NCBI GenBank assembly: GCA_027468165.1
Contig: GCA_027468165.1_3951.1
Source of the DNA: a phage
DNA: 64,000 bases
Direction: 5' to 3' (one strand)
Shown: in pieces, positions 16,588-26,356 of the stretch
Layout of the letters: the number at the start of each line of letters is the position of its first letter
Position numbering within the stretch: the stretch's first letter is position 1
Made by a program: the position numbers and the translations under genes
The notes under the pieces: generated by a model
Seen by the model: only the letters and a program-made list of their open reading frames with translations
What the model was told of the DNA's origin: nothing
Databases searched by the model: none

Positions 16588-19119
16588 ATGGCAGATTACA
16601 AATTGAGTCAATTAAACTCAATCGACACAATCCGTTCAGATGACCTTCTTCATGTCAGAGTTAAAAAGAGACCTGAAATGCTGGGTGATGAAGACCGTCG
16701 AATGACCTATCAAGACTTTTTAGCATCTTTTAAGCTTGAAAGATTTGTTCAGATTGCTGGTAGTAATATGACAGGTGACTTAGGGATTGTTAAGTTACTT
16801 TATGGTGGTAAGGCAGTCTTTGACCCAACAGGCTCTTCTGAGATTACTATTGGGGATGTTTTAAAGACTTTTAAAATCAACGCAAGCGGCCTTAAACTAA
16901 CTATTGCAGATGCTTCAAGGTCGGCAACTGTTTATCATACTCTGAATAAGCCAAGTCCTAATGAACTTGGGATGAGAACTAATGAAGAGAATGATGCAAG
17001 ATATGCAAGGCTTGCTATTACAAACACATTCTCTGGAACTCAGAACATTCAAGGTGATGCTAACTTACTTCGCCTTAGAAACCAAAATGCAAACAAAGCA
17101 CAATATATTGAAGGTGTAAACCTAGATGGTTCGGCTAGATGGTGGGTTGGTATTGGTAGTAATGGCTCTGACGAAGTAAAGCTGTACAATAACAAATACA
17201 ACACAGCAGTGATTGTTGCAAACAATATCTCTGTGAGTAGGTCTTTAGCAATCACTGGTCAAGTTCAACCATCAGATTTCTCTAACTTAGATGCTAGATA
17301 CTTTACTCAGACAGTTGCTAATCAGAGATTTGCACAGTTAGCTGCTAATAACAATTTCACTGGTACTAACACTTTTAGCAGAAATCTAACTATCATTAGT
17401 GACAGTGCTGCTTTAAGGTTGAAAAATGCAACATCTAGTTCCCTATTTATTCAGGGAGTTAACTCTCAGAATGCCAACAGATGGTATGTAGGGAACGGTG
17501 ATAACACCGCCTCTGTGTTACTACACAACTATGTATACAATTCAAATATTAGGCTCGATAATGGATATATCTCAGTCAACCAGAATTTCAGAATCACTGG
17601 TCAAGTTCAACCTTCTGATTGGACTAACATCGACTCTAGATACATTCCGGTAGGAACTTTGAGTAATCTTGCTAAACTAAGTGATGCAAACACTTTCAGG
17701 TCTTCACAAGTAATTCTCAAAGATGAACTATCGTTACAGCTAAGAAACACTGTTCAGGATAAGCCACTATACCTTGCTGGTTATAACGCTGATAATGTGA
17801 GAAGGTGGTTCATCGGGAATGGGGAGCCAGCAGACCCAACTAAACTCATTATTTACAATGATAGGACTGGTACTGCTATTTTCATGCAAGATGACTTCTT
17901 GCTGAACAAAACAGTCAGAATTGCTGGTCAAGTACAACCTTCTGATTGGACTAACATTGATGGTCGATACTATAACAAGTCATCAGCAGATAATAGGTAT
18001 CTAAGAGTAAGAAGCACTGGATTTAACACCAGCGGTGTGGATAAATGGGCTAAGATTGCAACTGTCACCATGCCACAAACAACATCAACAGCAGTAATCG
18101 AGTTGTTTGGTGGGGCTGGGTTCAACTTTGGTGCATATGACCAAGCCTGTAAAACAGAAATTGTTCTTAGAACAGGTAATAACAACCCAAAAGGATTAAA
18201 TGTTGTTGCATGGAAAAACTCACCAAATGGTGTTGTGACGGAAATTGGGTATGTTAACACATCTGGCGATAATTATGACATCTATTGCAAAGCTACTCGT
18301 TATCAAAATGCTACGACAGCTAGGGTTCAGTCATCAGATAATGCAACAGTACAACTGTTTGCAACCCCAGAGACATACGATAATGCTCCAGATGACTATG
18401 TTGCTGGGACAATTGCTTATTATTATACTAGTCTCTTGAAACCAACCCCTTCAGATATTGGTGCATACACTAAAGGAGAAACTGACCAGAAGATTGCACA
18501 GGCAATTAGTGACTCTACAGACCTGAATAAAATCTACCCAGTTGGTATTGTAACGTGGTTTAACAGTAATGTTGACCCTAACACAGCGTTGCCTGGGTTA
18601 ACTTGGACGTATCTGAACAATGGTGTTGGTAGAACTATCAGAATCGCAGCAGCAAATGGTTCAGATGTTGCTACAACTGGTGGTTCAGATTCTGTAACGT
18701 TATCTGTTGGTAACTTACCTTCACACACGCATAGTTTCTCTGCTACCACGTCGTCGTTTGATTACGGCACTAAAACCACGAATAACACCGGGGCGCATAC
18801 GCACAGTGTGAGCGGTACAGCCGCAAGTGCCGGAAACCATACTCATAGTGTCAAAGGCGCATCAGCAGAAAGACGGTACACATCAAGTGGGTCAACAAAT
18901 GAGGTAGTGGCTGCGGTCAATATGAATACAAGTGCTGCAGGAGCGCACACTCATAGTGTCAGCGGCACAGCTGCATCTGCAGGTGCTCACGCACATACTG
19001 TCGGTATTGGTGCTCACACCCATACAGTTAGTGGTAACACTGGTGGTACAGGTTCTGGTTCAGCATTTAGTGTTACTAACCAGTTCTACAAGTTGATGGC
19101 TTGGGTAAGAACTGCTTAA
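16588..19119 (+). CDS. Large tail fiber protein with internal ~110 aa repeats and C-terminal HxH repeat tip
   Basis: 843 aa; three to four repeats containing ITGQVQPSD(F/W)(S/T)N(L/I)D.RY; C-terminal AHTHSVSGTAASAG repeats; C-terminus ...AFSVTNQFYKLMAWVRTA. Confidence 0.65.
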   Translation: MADYKLSQLNSIDTIRSDDLLHVRVKKRPEMLGDEDRRMTYQDFLASFKLERFVQIAGSNMTGDLGIVKLLYGGKAVFDPTGSSEITIGDVLKTFKINASGLKLTIADASRSATVYHTLNKPSPNELGMRTNEENDARYARLAITNTFSGTQNIQGDANLLRLRNQNANKAQYIEGVNLDGSARWWVGIGSNGSDEVKLYNNKYNTAVIVANNISVSRSLAITGQVQPSDFSNLDARYFTQTVANQRFAQLAANNNFTGTNTFSRNLTIISDSAALRLKNATSSSLFIQGVNSQNANRWYVGNGDNTASVLLHNYVYNSNIRLDNGYISVNQNFRITGQVQPSDWTNIDSRYIPVGTLSNLAKLSDANTFRSSQVILKDELSLQLRNTVQDKPLYLAGYNADNVRRWFIGNGEPADPTKLIIYNDRTGTAIFMQDDFLLNKTVRIAGQVQPSDWTNIDGRYYNKSSADNRYLRVRSTGFNTSGVDKWAKIATVTMPQTTSTAVIELFGGAGFNFGAYDQACKTEIVLRTGNNNPKGLNVVAWKNSPNGVVTEIGYVNTSGDNYDIYCKATRYQNATTARVQSSDNATVQLFATPETYDNAPDDYVAGTIAYYYTSLLKPTPSDIGAYTKGETDQKIAQAISDSTDLNKIYPVGIVTWFNSNVDPNTALPGLTWTYLNNGVGRTIRIAAANGSDVATTGGSDSVTLSVGNLPSHTHSFSATTSSFDYGTKTTNNTGAHTHSVSGTAASAGNHTHSVKGASAERRYTSSGSTNEVVAAVNMNTSAAGAHTHSVSGTAASAGAHAHTVGIGAHTHTVSGNTGGTGSGSAFSVTNQFYKLMAWVRTA

Positions 19120-19197
19120 TCCCTTATTGACTGATTGTTAAGATGGTGTTAATATTCTTTAGGGTATTCTCACCATCTTGGCTGATGAGGTGATTAA

Positions 19198-19395
19198 ATG
19201 CCTACAATCCTAGCAATTCTTCTAAAAAATCTAGGTAGCTTCTTCTGGAAACTTATTTTATCCCTTCTAAGTGAATACATGATTGAGAAAGTGTTCTTTA
19301 GGCTTGCAAGATACCTTGCGAGTAAAACAGACACACCTATTGATGATGAGTTCGTAGATAACTTAGAAAAAGCTTTTAAGGGGGAGAATAAATGA
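19198..19395 (+). CDS. Small membrane protein (hypothetical; holin-like topology)
   Basis: 65 aa with one hydrophobic helix and a charged C-terminus. Confidence 0.25.
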   Translation: MPTILAILLKNLGSFFWKLILSLLSEYMIEKVFFRLARYLASKTDTPIDDEFVDNLEKAFKGENK

Positions 19396-19763
19396 AGTGG
19401 CTAGAGGAAGCTTTTAAAAATAATATTGGTGCAATTGTAGTTGGTATTTTTAGTGTTATCGGAATGTATACCACGATGCAAGTTTCAAGTGGTAAACAAG
19501 AAGTGTCTGTCTCAACAAAGTTACAACAGTTGGATAATTACACAAGTAGTAACTATTCAGCTATTCGTGATTTACAGTCTGACATGAGACTTATTCAGTT
19601 AGGGATGGAGAACCAGAAAGTTCAGTTAGAGAATGTTAAGGGTGAGAACGCAAAACTTACCAAAACTCTTGATAAATTCTCTGACAGTGTGAATAATCTG
19701 GCCCAATCAGTATCAGCCCTCCAAGCTATTACTGAGAAGAACACAAAGAATACTGAAAAGTAA
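19392..19763 (+). CDS. Membrane-anchored coiled-coil protein (hypothetical)
   Basis: N-terminal hydrophobic helix IGAIVVGIFSVIGMY followed by a coiled-coil region. Confidence 0.3.
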   Translation: MKWLEEAFKNNIGAIVVGIFSVIGMYTTMQVSSGKQEVSVSTKLQQLDNYTSSNYSAIRDLQSDMRLIQLGMENQKVQLENVKGENAKLTKTLDKFSDSVNNLAQSVSALQAITEKNTKNTEK

Positions 19764-19770
19764 AGTTTAA

Positions 19771-19796
19771 GGCTCCTTTTTACGGGAGCCTTTTTT
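19771..19796. terminator. Bidirectional terminator at the convergence of the plus-strand structural block and the minus-strand block
   Basis: GGCTCC-TTTTTAC-GGGAGCC hairpin with a T-run on the plus strand; lies between convergent genes ending at 19763 and 19800. Confidence 0.55.
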
Positions 19797-19799
19797 GTT

Positions 19800-20699
19800 T
19801 TATTTACCTACTGACAAAGGTGCTTCAATCTTCCCTGCATGTTGGTAATTGTTAATACCACCAATAAAGTCACTTGCAGTGAGATGTTTCAGGTCACTTA
19901 AAGTATTAAGTGGAAGACCAATCTCAAAAGTTGGTGCATGGAACTCTTCATTGTTCATCAGTTCATAAACCTGCTTCATATGATTCTGATAAATCTGAGT
20001 ATCTCCAAAGACACCTATCAAATATCGTGGAGTGTATCCAGTCATCTTACAAAGAACTTCCAGAATAAAACCGTAAGATGCAATATTAAACGGAAGTCCT
20101 AAAAAGGTATCTACTGAACGCTGATACCATTGTAAGTCAACTTCACCCTCGTTAGTAATATAAATCTGAAACAGAACATGACAAGGTGCTAGAGCCATTG
20201 AGTTTGCTGCAATATCTGCTGCATTCCAAGCATTAACAAGCATGTAACGGTCTGTGATATCACCCTTCATCTTTGTTACTAAGGTCTCTAACTGGTCTAC
20301 AACACAACCGTTATGACCTTCAAAGTTTCTCCACTGAACTCCATAGATTCTTCCACCTGCATCTTCTAACCAATCTTGTTCAGAAGAATAATTAGAGCTT
20401 AACCAGCGTTTAAAATCATCTGACCAGATTGTCCAACGTTCTCCGTCATTTTCACCCCAAGTGCGATAACGGAGTTCGCCAAGCTTATTCTCACCATTCA
20501 GGAACCATAAAGCTTCCCCAATAACTTGCCGTGTAAACACCTGTTTAGATGTTAAGAGCGGGAAACCAGTTCGCATATCAAAACGAAACTGAGGTGGAGC
20601 AAATGCAGAGATAACATCTCCAGTTCGTGTAGTACGCAGTTCACCGACGGATAAAACATGGTTCAGGATATTTTTATAACTTGAATCTGCTTGTGACAT
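19800..20699 (-). CDS. thyA: Thymidylate synthase
   Basis: Motifs RTGFPLLTSK, YGVQWR, ALAPCH and LGLPFNIASY match ThyA. Confidence 0.95.
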   Translation of the reverse strand: MSQADSSYKNILNHVLSVGELRTTRTGDVISAFAPPQFRFDMRTGFPLLTSKQVFTRQVIGEALWFLNGENKLGELRYRTWGENDGERWTIWSDDFKRWLSSNYSSEQDWLEDAGGRIYGVQWRNFEGHNGCVVDQLETLVTKMKGDITDRYMLVNAWNAADIAANSMALAPCHVLFQIYITNEGEVDLQWYQRSVDTFLGLPFNIASYGFILEVLCKMTGYTPRYLIGVFGDTQIYQNHMKQVYELMNNEEFHAPTFEIGLPLNTLSDLKHLTASDFIGGINNYQHAGKIEAPLSVGK

Positions 20700-20700
20700 A

Positions 20701-21246
20701 TCAAAAGTGTCCTTTTACTTGTGGAACATAAATTTCAAAAGTTGCTTTACCATCCTCTGATGGTTTTGACTGTACCTTTGTAAATACACGACCATCATAC
20801 AACTTCTCGAAGAAGTTTTCAAAAGGTAAATGTACAGTGACCTCTTCAGTAACTTTATGGAAAACTGTATGGAACACTACATCAGCATACGGTAAAGCAT
20901 TGACAAGGACACCTGCACCACCAATTACAAAGACATCTTCATCAATAGAGCTATCAAGATACTTCAAAAATGCTCCAAATGACTCTTTACTGGCTTTTGC
21001 ATACATTACGTCATCTTTGCCAAAGTCTATACCTAAGTATGGTACAGAGTTTGTTAATATGAGGTTTGCACGTTCTGGTAAAGGTTTACTACCCAGAGTC
21101 TTGAAAGTCTCATTACCCATCACTACTAAGTTGTTTTTAGTGAGTCTCTTAAACTCTTGCATATCCTGTTTATGTCGAGGCCACGGCATACCAGTTGGAG
21201 TACCAAACTCACCATTTTCGCCACTTGCAAAGATTAATTTAATCAT
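20701..21246 (-). CDS. folA: Dihydrofolate reductase
   Basis: GMPW, VVMGNETF, PLPERANLILTNS and VIGGAG match DHFR motifs; adjacent to thyA. Confidence 0.9.
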   Translation of the reverse strand: MIKLIFASGENGEFGTPTGMPWPRHKQDMQEFKRLTKNNLVVMGNETFKTLGSKPLPERANLILTNSVPYLGIDFGKDDVMYAKASKESFGAFLKYLDSSIDEDVFVIGGAGVLVNALPYADVVFHTVFHKVTEEVTVHLPFENFFEKLYDGRVFTKVQSKPSEDGKATFEIYVPQVKGHF

Positions 21247-21503
21247 TTTGTAAATCCTTTCTTAATGAACCAGTTGATAACATTCTTCACAGCTTTATTA
21301 CTATGGTAGATTAAGTGTGGTGTAGGCTGGTATAAACCATAAGCCCAGAAAGCAATGATTTCATTACATCCTGTACACCTTGTACTCTCTTCGGCAATAT
21401 GACCGTGGACTATTTCACTTACCTCACCTTGTAAGTCTGTACACCCACAATGTGGGCATCGGATAGGTGTTCCATCAGACTCATAGCAGTGTTCAATTTT
21501 CAT
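21243..21503 (-). CDS. Zinc-ribbon protein (hypothetical)
   Basis: CPHCGC ... CTGCNE cysteine pairs. Confidence 0.4.
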   Translation of the reverse strand: MKIEHCYESDGTPIRCPHCGCTDLQGEVSEIVHGHIAEESTRCTGCNEIIAFWAYGLYQPTPHLIYHSNKAVKNVINWFIKKGFTK

Positions 21504-22019
21504 TTATTTAACCTCAAAAACTGGCTCAAGAACCAATATAAAGTCTACACAGTCATCTTCTTCATCCAGAATACCATCAAAGTTCTTAGGAACGAAGTCG
21601 AAGAGGCTCATAACAAAACAGTCAGAAGTAACCCTAATAGTGCCTCCCATATTCTCTACAGTCAACACTGTACGGCTTTCTTTTACCTCTCGAAGAAGAT
21701 TGCTCACAAAGTCATCTAAGAAGTACTTCATCAGTGACTTAAAACCTTTAGGGTAATCTGTACCAGAGTATGTTTCAATCTGAGGTACAAGCTTAACATT
21801 TATACTAGTCTTTGTTAAGAACGTATTAGAGAACATGCTATCAGGTAACTTGCAAACAGTCTTTCCAGTACCTTCATGTTCAATCTCAACAAAACCAGCT
21901 TCATCGCCACATGTAACTATTTTAAAAGATGCTTCATTCTCATACTGTGAAGCCATAAACTTTTTAAGCATCTCTTTAAGGAAATCTGCATGGGCATCTT
22001 GTAAGAAGATATCAATCAT
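21504..22019 (-). CDS. Hypothetical protein
   Basis: 171 aa ORF in the minus-strand operon. Confidence 0.4.
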   Translation of the reverse strand: MIDIFLQDAHADFLKEMLKKFMASQYENEASFKIVTCGDEAGFVEIEHEGTGKTVCKLPDSMFSNTFLTKTSINVKLVPQIETYSGTDYPKGFKSLMKYFLDDFVSNLLREVKESRTVLTVENMGGTIRVTSDCFVMSLFDFVPKNFDGILDEEDDCVDFILVLEPVFEVK

Positions 22020-22032
22020 AGTTAATCACCTA

Positions 22033-22392
22033 TTATGGGAACAGACACTTAATGTCATCGTTTTTGAAAACGAAGCTTGTGTAATTGTGACCATCAACGT
22101 CCAGCCAAACAGCCTGAACATCTACACCATCAAGGTTGTGGTAAAGCTCTTTGATGAAGTGGTCTTTCACAATCTGACTGCTAGTTGTTTCCAGCTTAAT
22201 GTTTGAGATTGCTGAACCTACAGCCATATAACCCATGACACGTTTCTTCTCAGTATGATTAATCTTACCATCTTTGTAAGTCATAATGAGATTGGAAAGA
22301 ATCTTTGCACCGTAATGCTTCTCAAGGTGAGTAGGTACACCATAAAAACCTAGTGCGAAGTTTTCAGAGTGGATAATGTTTTCACGTTTCAT
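22033..22392 (-). CDS. Hypothetical protein
   Basis: 119 aa ORF in the minus-strand operon. Confidence 0.4.
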   Translation of the reverse strand: MKRENIIHSENFALGFYGVPTHLEKHYGAKILSNLIMTYKDGKINHTEKKRVMGYMAVGSAISNIKLETTSSQIVKDHFIKELYHNLDGVDVQAVWLDVDGHNYTSFVFKNDDIKCLFP

Positions 22393-22393
22393 A

Positions 22394-22723
22394 TTAATCT
22401 GCCAACCTTAAATTGAAGTTAACACCAAATTTTTCACATACTCCCAACATAAACTCAAGGGAGACATTGCCAGTGAGATTGATTATGTTGGATACACGAG
22501 CCTGAGAGATACCACAAATTTTAGCAACTTGCTCTTGAGAAAGACCTCTGGATTTAATCTCTCTCTTAAAACGATGTGCAACGAAATCTCTCATTTCGTC
22601 TACATCCATTGGACAAATATAACTCCCCATTTCAGCCTCTCTGTCAGCCTCCCAATCATCTTGTGGAGCATAAGGGTCAAAAACCTCATTCATCTTTCTT
22701 CTTCCGTTTGCGTGAAGTGTCAA
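22394..22723 (-). CDS. Helix-turn-helix (XRE-type) DNA-binding protein
   Basis: LSQEQVAKICGISQARVSNIINLTGNVSLEFMLGVCEKFGV matches the HTH_3 pattern. Confidence 0.6.
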   Translation of the reverse strand: MTLHANGRRKMNEVFDPYAPQDDWEADREAEMGSYICPMDVDEMRDFVAHRFKREIKSRGLSQEQVAKICGISQARVSNIINLTGNVSLEFMLGVCEKFGVNFNLRLAD

Positions 22724-22898
22724 TCAATGAATCTATGTTTGTAGCTCTAACCTTTTCACGTTCATCGTTAAGATAATCGTCAAGAGCCTTTTCAATCTGT
22801 GAATCATCTTGACAGATAACTGTAAAGACTGTAAAGCCGTCTGTATCATCAATTATCTTACCATAACCGCTTCTGGGATGTAACTTTTTAAGAGCCAT
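22686..22898 (-). CDS. Hypothetical protein
   Basis: 70 aa ORF with basic C-terminus; overlaps the start of the HTH gene. Confidence 0.3.
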   Translation of the reverse strand: MALKKLHPRSGYGKIIDDTDGFTVFTVICQDDSQIEKALDDYLNDEREKVRATNIDSLIDTSRKRKKKDE

Positions 22899-22899
22899 A

Positions 22900-23283
22900 T
22901 CAAATACCTGTGCAGCTTCTGTTTTCTAAGAAATACTCAACACCATACATAGCTTTTTGCATCAAATCTTCTTTAAACTGGATACGATGATTAAGCATAG
23001 CCTGTACATCAATATCATCATGGTGCTTCTCTTTAATATTTGCAGATTGCAGGAAATACTCTGCAAGAACACGATACTGATAGTCAGTTACCTTATCAGT
23101 CATCTCTGTTAAAGACTCTTCAGAGATTGGTTTAAGTAACTCACCATTAGCCAGAGCAACACCTTTAACAATCTGGCAAGTGTCTTCTGGAACACCTGAT
23201 AAGTCCACATTTGGGAGTTCTGTTGCATTGACTGGTAAATTCATTGCCATAACCATTGCAGCAGCTAATAAAATCTTTTTCAT
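22900..23283 (-). CDS. Secreted/periplasmic protein with signal peptide (hypothetical)
   Basis: N-terminal MKKILLAAAMVMAMNLPVNA signal-peptide-like sequence. Confidence 0.45.
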   Translation of the reverse strand: MKKILLAAAMVMAMNLPVNATELPNVDLSGVPEDTCQIVKGVALANGELLKPISEESLTEMTDKVTDYQYRVLAEYFLQSANIKEKHHDDIDVQAMLNHRIQFKEDLMQKAMYGVEYFLENRSCTGI

Positions 23284-23548
23284 AATGACCTCAAAGTTAT
23301 ATTAAATTTTGTATTACATCGAGTATAAAAATAAGCTATAACACCTGACTTGTCAACAGATTTTATAGCTTATTTGGCAGATTTTTATAAGGCTACTACC
23401 ATCCTTCCATACCAAACCCTACCTTACCAAACCATACAATACTGAACCTCACTTAAAACCCTCTTAGAAGACTCTTAAGTGATGCTGGTGAGTACCCGTT
23501 GGTTTATGCTGCTCAGTATACTCACCAAATTTTCTATGTCAACAACTT

Positions 23549-24652
23549 TTATTCATAATCTCGTATAACGAGACCAACAGGGAACTGTAAAGAACCCTTA
23601 CGAGTCATCTTCTGGAACTGAACCGTTAAAGGCTTCCCGATAAACTCTTCAGGATGTTCAGCAAGATACTGTTTTTTCTCATGAGTAGTCTTCCATGAGA
23701 CATCTACAAAGACGTTAGGGAGAGTCTCTACAACAAACTTGCCATGACCACGCTTATCAGTCTTTACACCAGTTACTTTAAACTCTTCAGTGTGCATCTT
23801 CTTGTGCTTAATCAAGAAGTATGAACGGTGACAACACTCATAGAAGGAGTATTCAGAAATTGAACGGTACATTGCACCTTCAAACTTAGCTTCAACCCAT
23901 TTATCATGAGCTTCATCAAACTCTTCCCAAGAATTTACACGACGAGATTTAACAGGAACAACTTTACAGCCATCTCTAAAGTCATTCAATGGTGAAGTCT
24001 CAATAATATCTCTACGCTCAGGCCACGTCTTAGTGCTGTCACAGATATCATACCAGTAAAACTTGAGCAGGTGTCTGTCAGGATTGTCTTCATTTTTAAT
24101 CATAGAGACAATATCTTCTAAGTCCCACCCATGAGCATAAATCTCTCCATCAAATTCATCAACATCTTTGTGGAGCCTTAGCATTGCCATAATGTCAGGT
24201 ATTAGTTCAGTAGGGATTTTGTAAACAGTATTCTCACGAGAGTATGCTGTAAATACACTGCCAATACTCAAGTGCCTTGAAATCCTACAACGTACACCAT
24301 CCAGTTTTGGTTGAGCATCAGCAGGGAATTTCAAATACTTTGCATGACTAACCTTTGCAGCATCATGAGCAAGCTGAACACCTACCTTTTCAGTATTCTG
24401 TGCAGACTCTTTTGTGTAAGCATAACCTTTGCGGTCAACTTGCTTTTTATACTTAGCAGAAACTTCAAAGAGAGCTTGCTGTTCAGCGTTACGCTCATTC
24501 TTTTTACCGATGTTTTTAGGTTCTGCTGTATACTCTTCAAACATCATCTTGCCATTTTCTTTACCGTAGGTTGTAATAACTTTGTCACCTACAGCAACGC
24601 ATGACCAGACATTGAAAGAGCCATCTTTATTTTGTTTGTACAGAATTGTCAT
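23549..24652 (-). CDS. ATP-dependent DNA ligase
   Basis: Adenylation motif I KLDG (PKLDGVRCR); size and context fit a T7-type ligase; start chosen at ATG after GAGG RBS. Confidence 0.8.
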   Translation of the reverse strand: MTILYKQNKDGSFNVWSCVAVGDKVITTYGKENGKMMFEEYTAEPKNIGKKNERNAEQQALFEVSAKYKKQVDRKGYAYTKESAQNTEKVGVQLAHDAAKVSHAKYLKFPADAQPKLDGVRCRISRHLSIGSVFTAYSRENTVYKIPTELIPDIMAMLRLHKDVDEFDGEIYAHGWDLEDIVSMIKNEDNPDRHLLKFYWYDICDSTKTWPERRDIIETSPLNDFRDGCKVVPVKSRRVNSWEEFDEAHDKWVEAKFEGAMYRSISEYSFYECCHRSYFLIKHKKMHTEEFKVTGVKTDKRGHGKFVVETLPNVFVDVSWKTTHEKKQYLAEHPEEFIGKPLTVQFQKMTRKGSLQFPVGLVIRDYE

Positions 24653-24845
24653 TTTTAACCTCTGAGTGATACCAAGTGTAACAAGCATTACATGCGTAAA
24701 GCTCTAAGTCATTTTTATCTGGTTTATGGAAACAGTTTGACCCACAACGACACCGGAATAGCTTACCATCAACACGAAGAATGAATGTTTCAAGCTCACC
24801 ATCTTCTGTAAGAACTGCGTTCTTAAATTTATCTTCTACAGTCAT
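24627..24845 (-). CDS. Zinc-ribbon protein (hypothetical)
   Basis: CRCGSNC ... CNAC cysteine pairs. Confidence 0.35.
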   Translation of the reverse strand: MTVEDKFKNAVLTEDGELETFILRVDGKLFRCRCGSNCFHKPDKNDLELYACNACYTWYHSEVKNDNSVQTK

Positions 24846-24896
24846 TTTCTCTTACCACCAATTTCTACGTCAATAACTTGAACATCACCAGCAACA

Positions 24897-25133
24897 TCAC
24901 TCAATAACCGTAGTATGTGATTGACCGTTTTTACCATAGCTGTAAGATGTTGTTGTTTGAGAGTTTGGACATCTGACAACAACAATGTCTCTGCTTATGG
25001 TATCACCATGTAACTTATAGACTTTGCAATCTTGCATCTCTGGTGGGAGGCTGTAAGAAGCATTTTTATCTTCATAAGAAGGGTTGCAGCCAGATAGAAA
25101 AATAACACCAAGTGCAATTACTGCTTTCCACAT
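24897..25133 (-). CDS. Putative lipoprotein
   Basis: ATG after GGGGAGG RBS; signal peptide ending in lipobox-like FLSGC. Confidence 0.45.
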   Translation of the reverse strand: MWKAVIALGVIFLSGCNPSYEDKNASYSLPPEMQDCKVYKLHGDTISRDIVVVRCPNSQTTTSYSYGKNGQSHTTVIE

Positions 25134-25319
25134 AATACCTCCCCTATTACTGTTCACGATGTTCTACTTCTCTGTACGTTCGTCGATAGATTATAATAAG
25201 CTGTGCTAACTCGTTGCTTTTCACATCTGAACGTAGCAGTTGCCAATCAAAACCTTTACCGACTCTTCCATACAAACTAAATAATTTTACTTTGTGTTTC
25301 ATTTTGGTGTCCCTAATAC

Positions 25320-25547
25320 TCAGAGGCCAATACTAATACGTTCACCCTTAAGGACTCCTGTACGGTCTCTTGCAATCTTACCGTCAACAATAAGAATGTG
25401 CGCAGACTTTAAAGATTCACTATTAAAACCTTTTACGAACTTACTAGGCATCACCACAATAAGCATCTCTTGAATCAACTCTGGAGTATAGCAGTTGTTG
25501 TGAAGTTGCTGAATAACGTCTGCAAGTGTCATTTTTGATGTCTCCAA
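25320..25547 (-). CDS. Hypothetical protein
   Basis: 75 aa ORF. Confidence 0.3.
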   Translation of the reverse strand: METSKMTLADVIQQLHNNCYTPELIQEMLIVVMPSKFVKGFNSESLKSAHILIVDGKIARDRTGVLKGERISIGL

Positions 25548-25738
25548 TACTCAATGTCAATAAGTTCTTGTGCAATGCTTTTCAGATTACCTTTCAAGAA
25601 AACCTTCTCAGAACCTGAAAGAGATGAATTATCAATTAGCCTGTTCATCCTCTCAAACAACTTCTGCTTACGATTCTTGATAGTCTCCTTTGAAGCACCT
25701 TTCATCATTGCTGCATGGGTTCTTCCACGGTGGCTCAT
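25529..25738 (-). CDS. Hypothetical basic protein
   Basis: 69 aa ORF. Confidence 0.3.
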   Translation of the reverse strand: MSHRGRTHAAMMKGASKETIKNRKQKLFERMNRLIDNSSLSGSEKVFLKGNLKSIAQELIDIEYWRHQK

Positions 25739-25799
25739 AAGCCCTCCTATATAAGATATTGTATAAGGTACTCTTCCATGAGCACCTTGTCAATACTAA

Positions 25800-26356
25800 T
25801 CAGTGTACTTCAAGCCAATTTTTACCAACTTTACCAGTACCAGTTACAAGCGTTTCCTCCTTAAGCCCTAAATTTCTTGACGCTTGACCATACATCCAGT
25901 CAATTACTGCTTTAACATCCTGCGTCATGTCTTCTGGGCACTCCCAACTATTCTCATCGTGATATGCTAAAAGCAATCTAGCGCCAATAGCTGGTTTTCG
26001 ACCATTCAACTTTGTAAGACCCTCTTCACAAGTTCTTCTACAAGCAAGGTTGATGGCTTCATTCTGAACCTGACTTTCAGAACCCATAAGCAAATAATTC
26101 AATAACTTATGTGGAGATTTACACCACAACCAAGCTCCAGCAACCTTTACAAACCCTCCTTTAGAGATTGCGGCAGTCTTACCAAATACCTCTTCAAGAG
26201 CCTTCTTAGTAGCTTTGAAGTCTGCTTCTAAATTATCCAGCAGCTTCTTAATTTTAGGGAGACGTACAAAGTATGTTTGCTTAGTTAAAGCACCCTCCTC
26301 AGTTGTAGATGCTTTAATCGTCTTAGCAAATTTCTCATCGCCAGCCCCGAACAATA
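25800..26356 (-). CDS. DNA polymerase (family A), exon 2 (C-terminal part)
   Basis: LFGAGDEK (end of motif B), AYHDEN (motif C) and C-terminal ...KNWLEVH match Pol I/T7-type polymerases; frame is open upstream of the reported start. Confidence 0.75.

Noticed and set aside
21450-22206. Plus-strand ORFs of 89 and 123 aa in the minus-strand early block
   Set aside because: They overlap better-supported minus-strand ORFs arranged head-to-tail in an operon.
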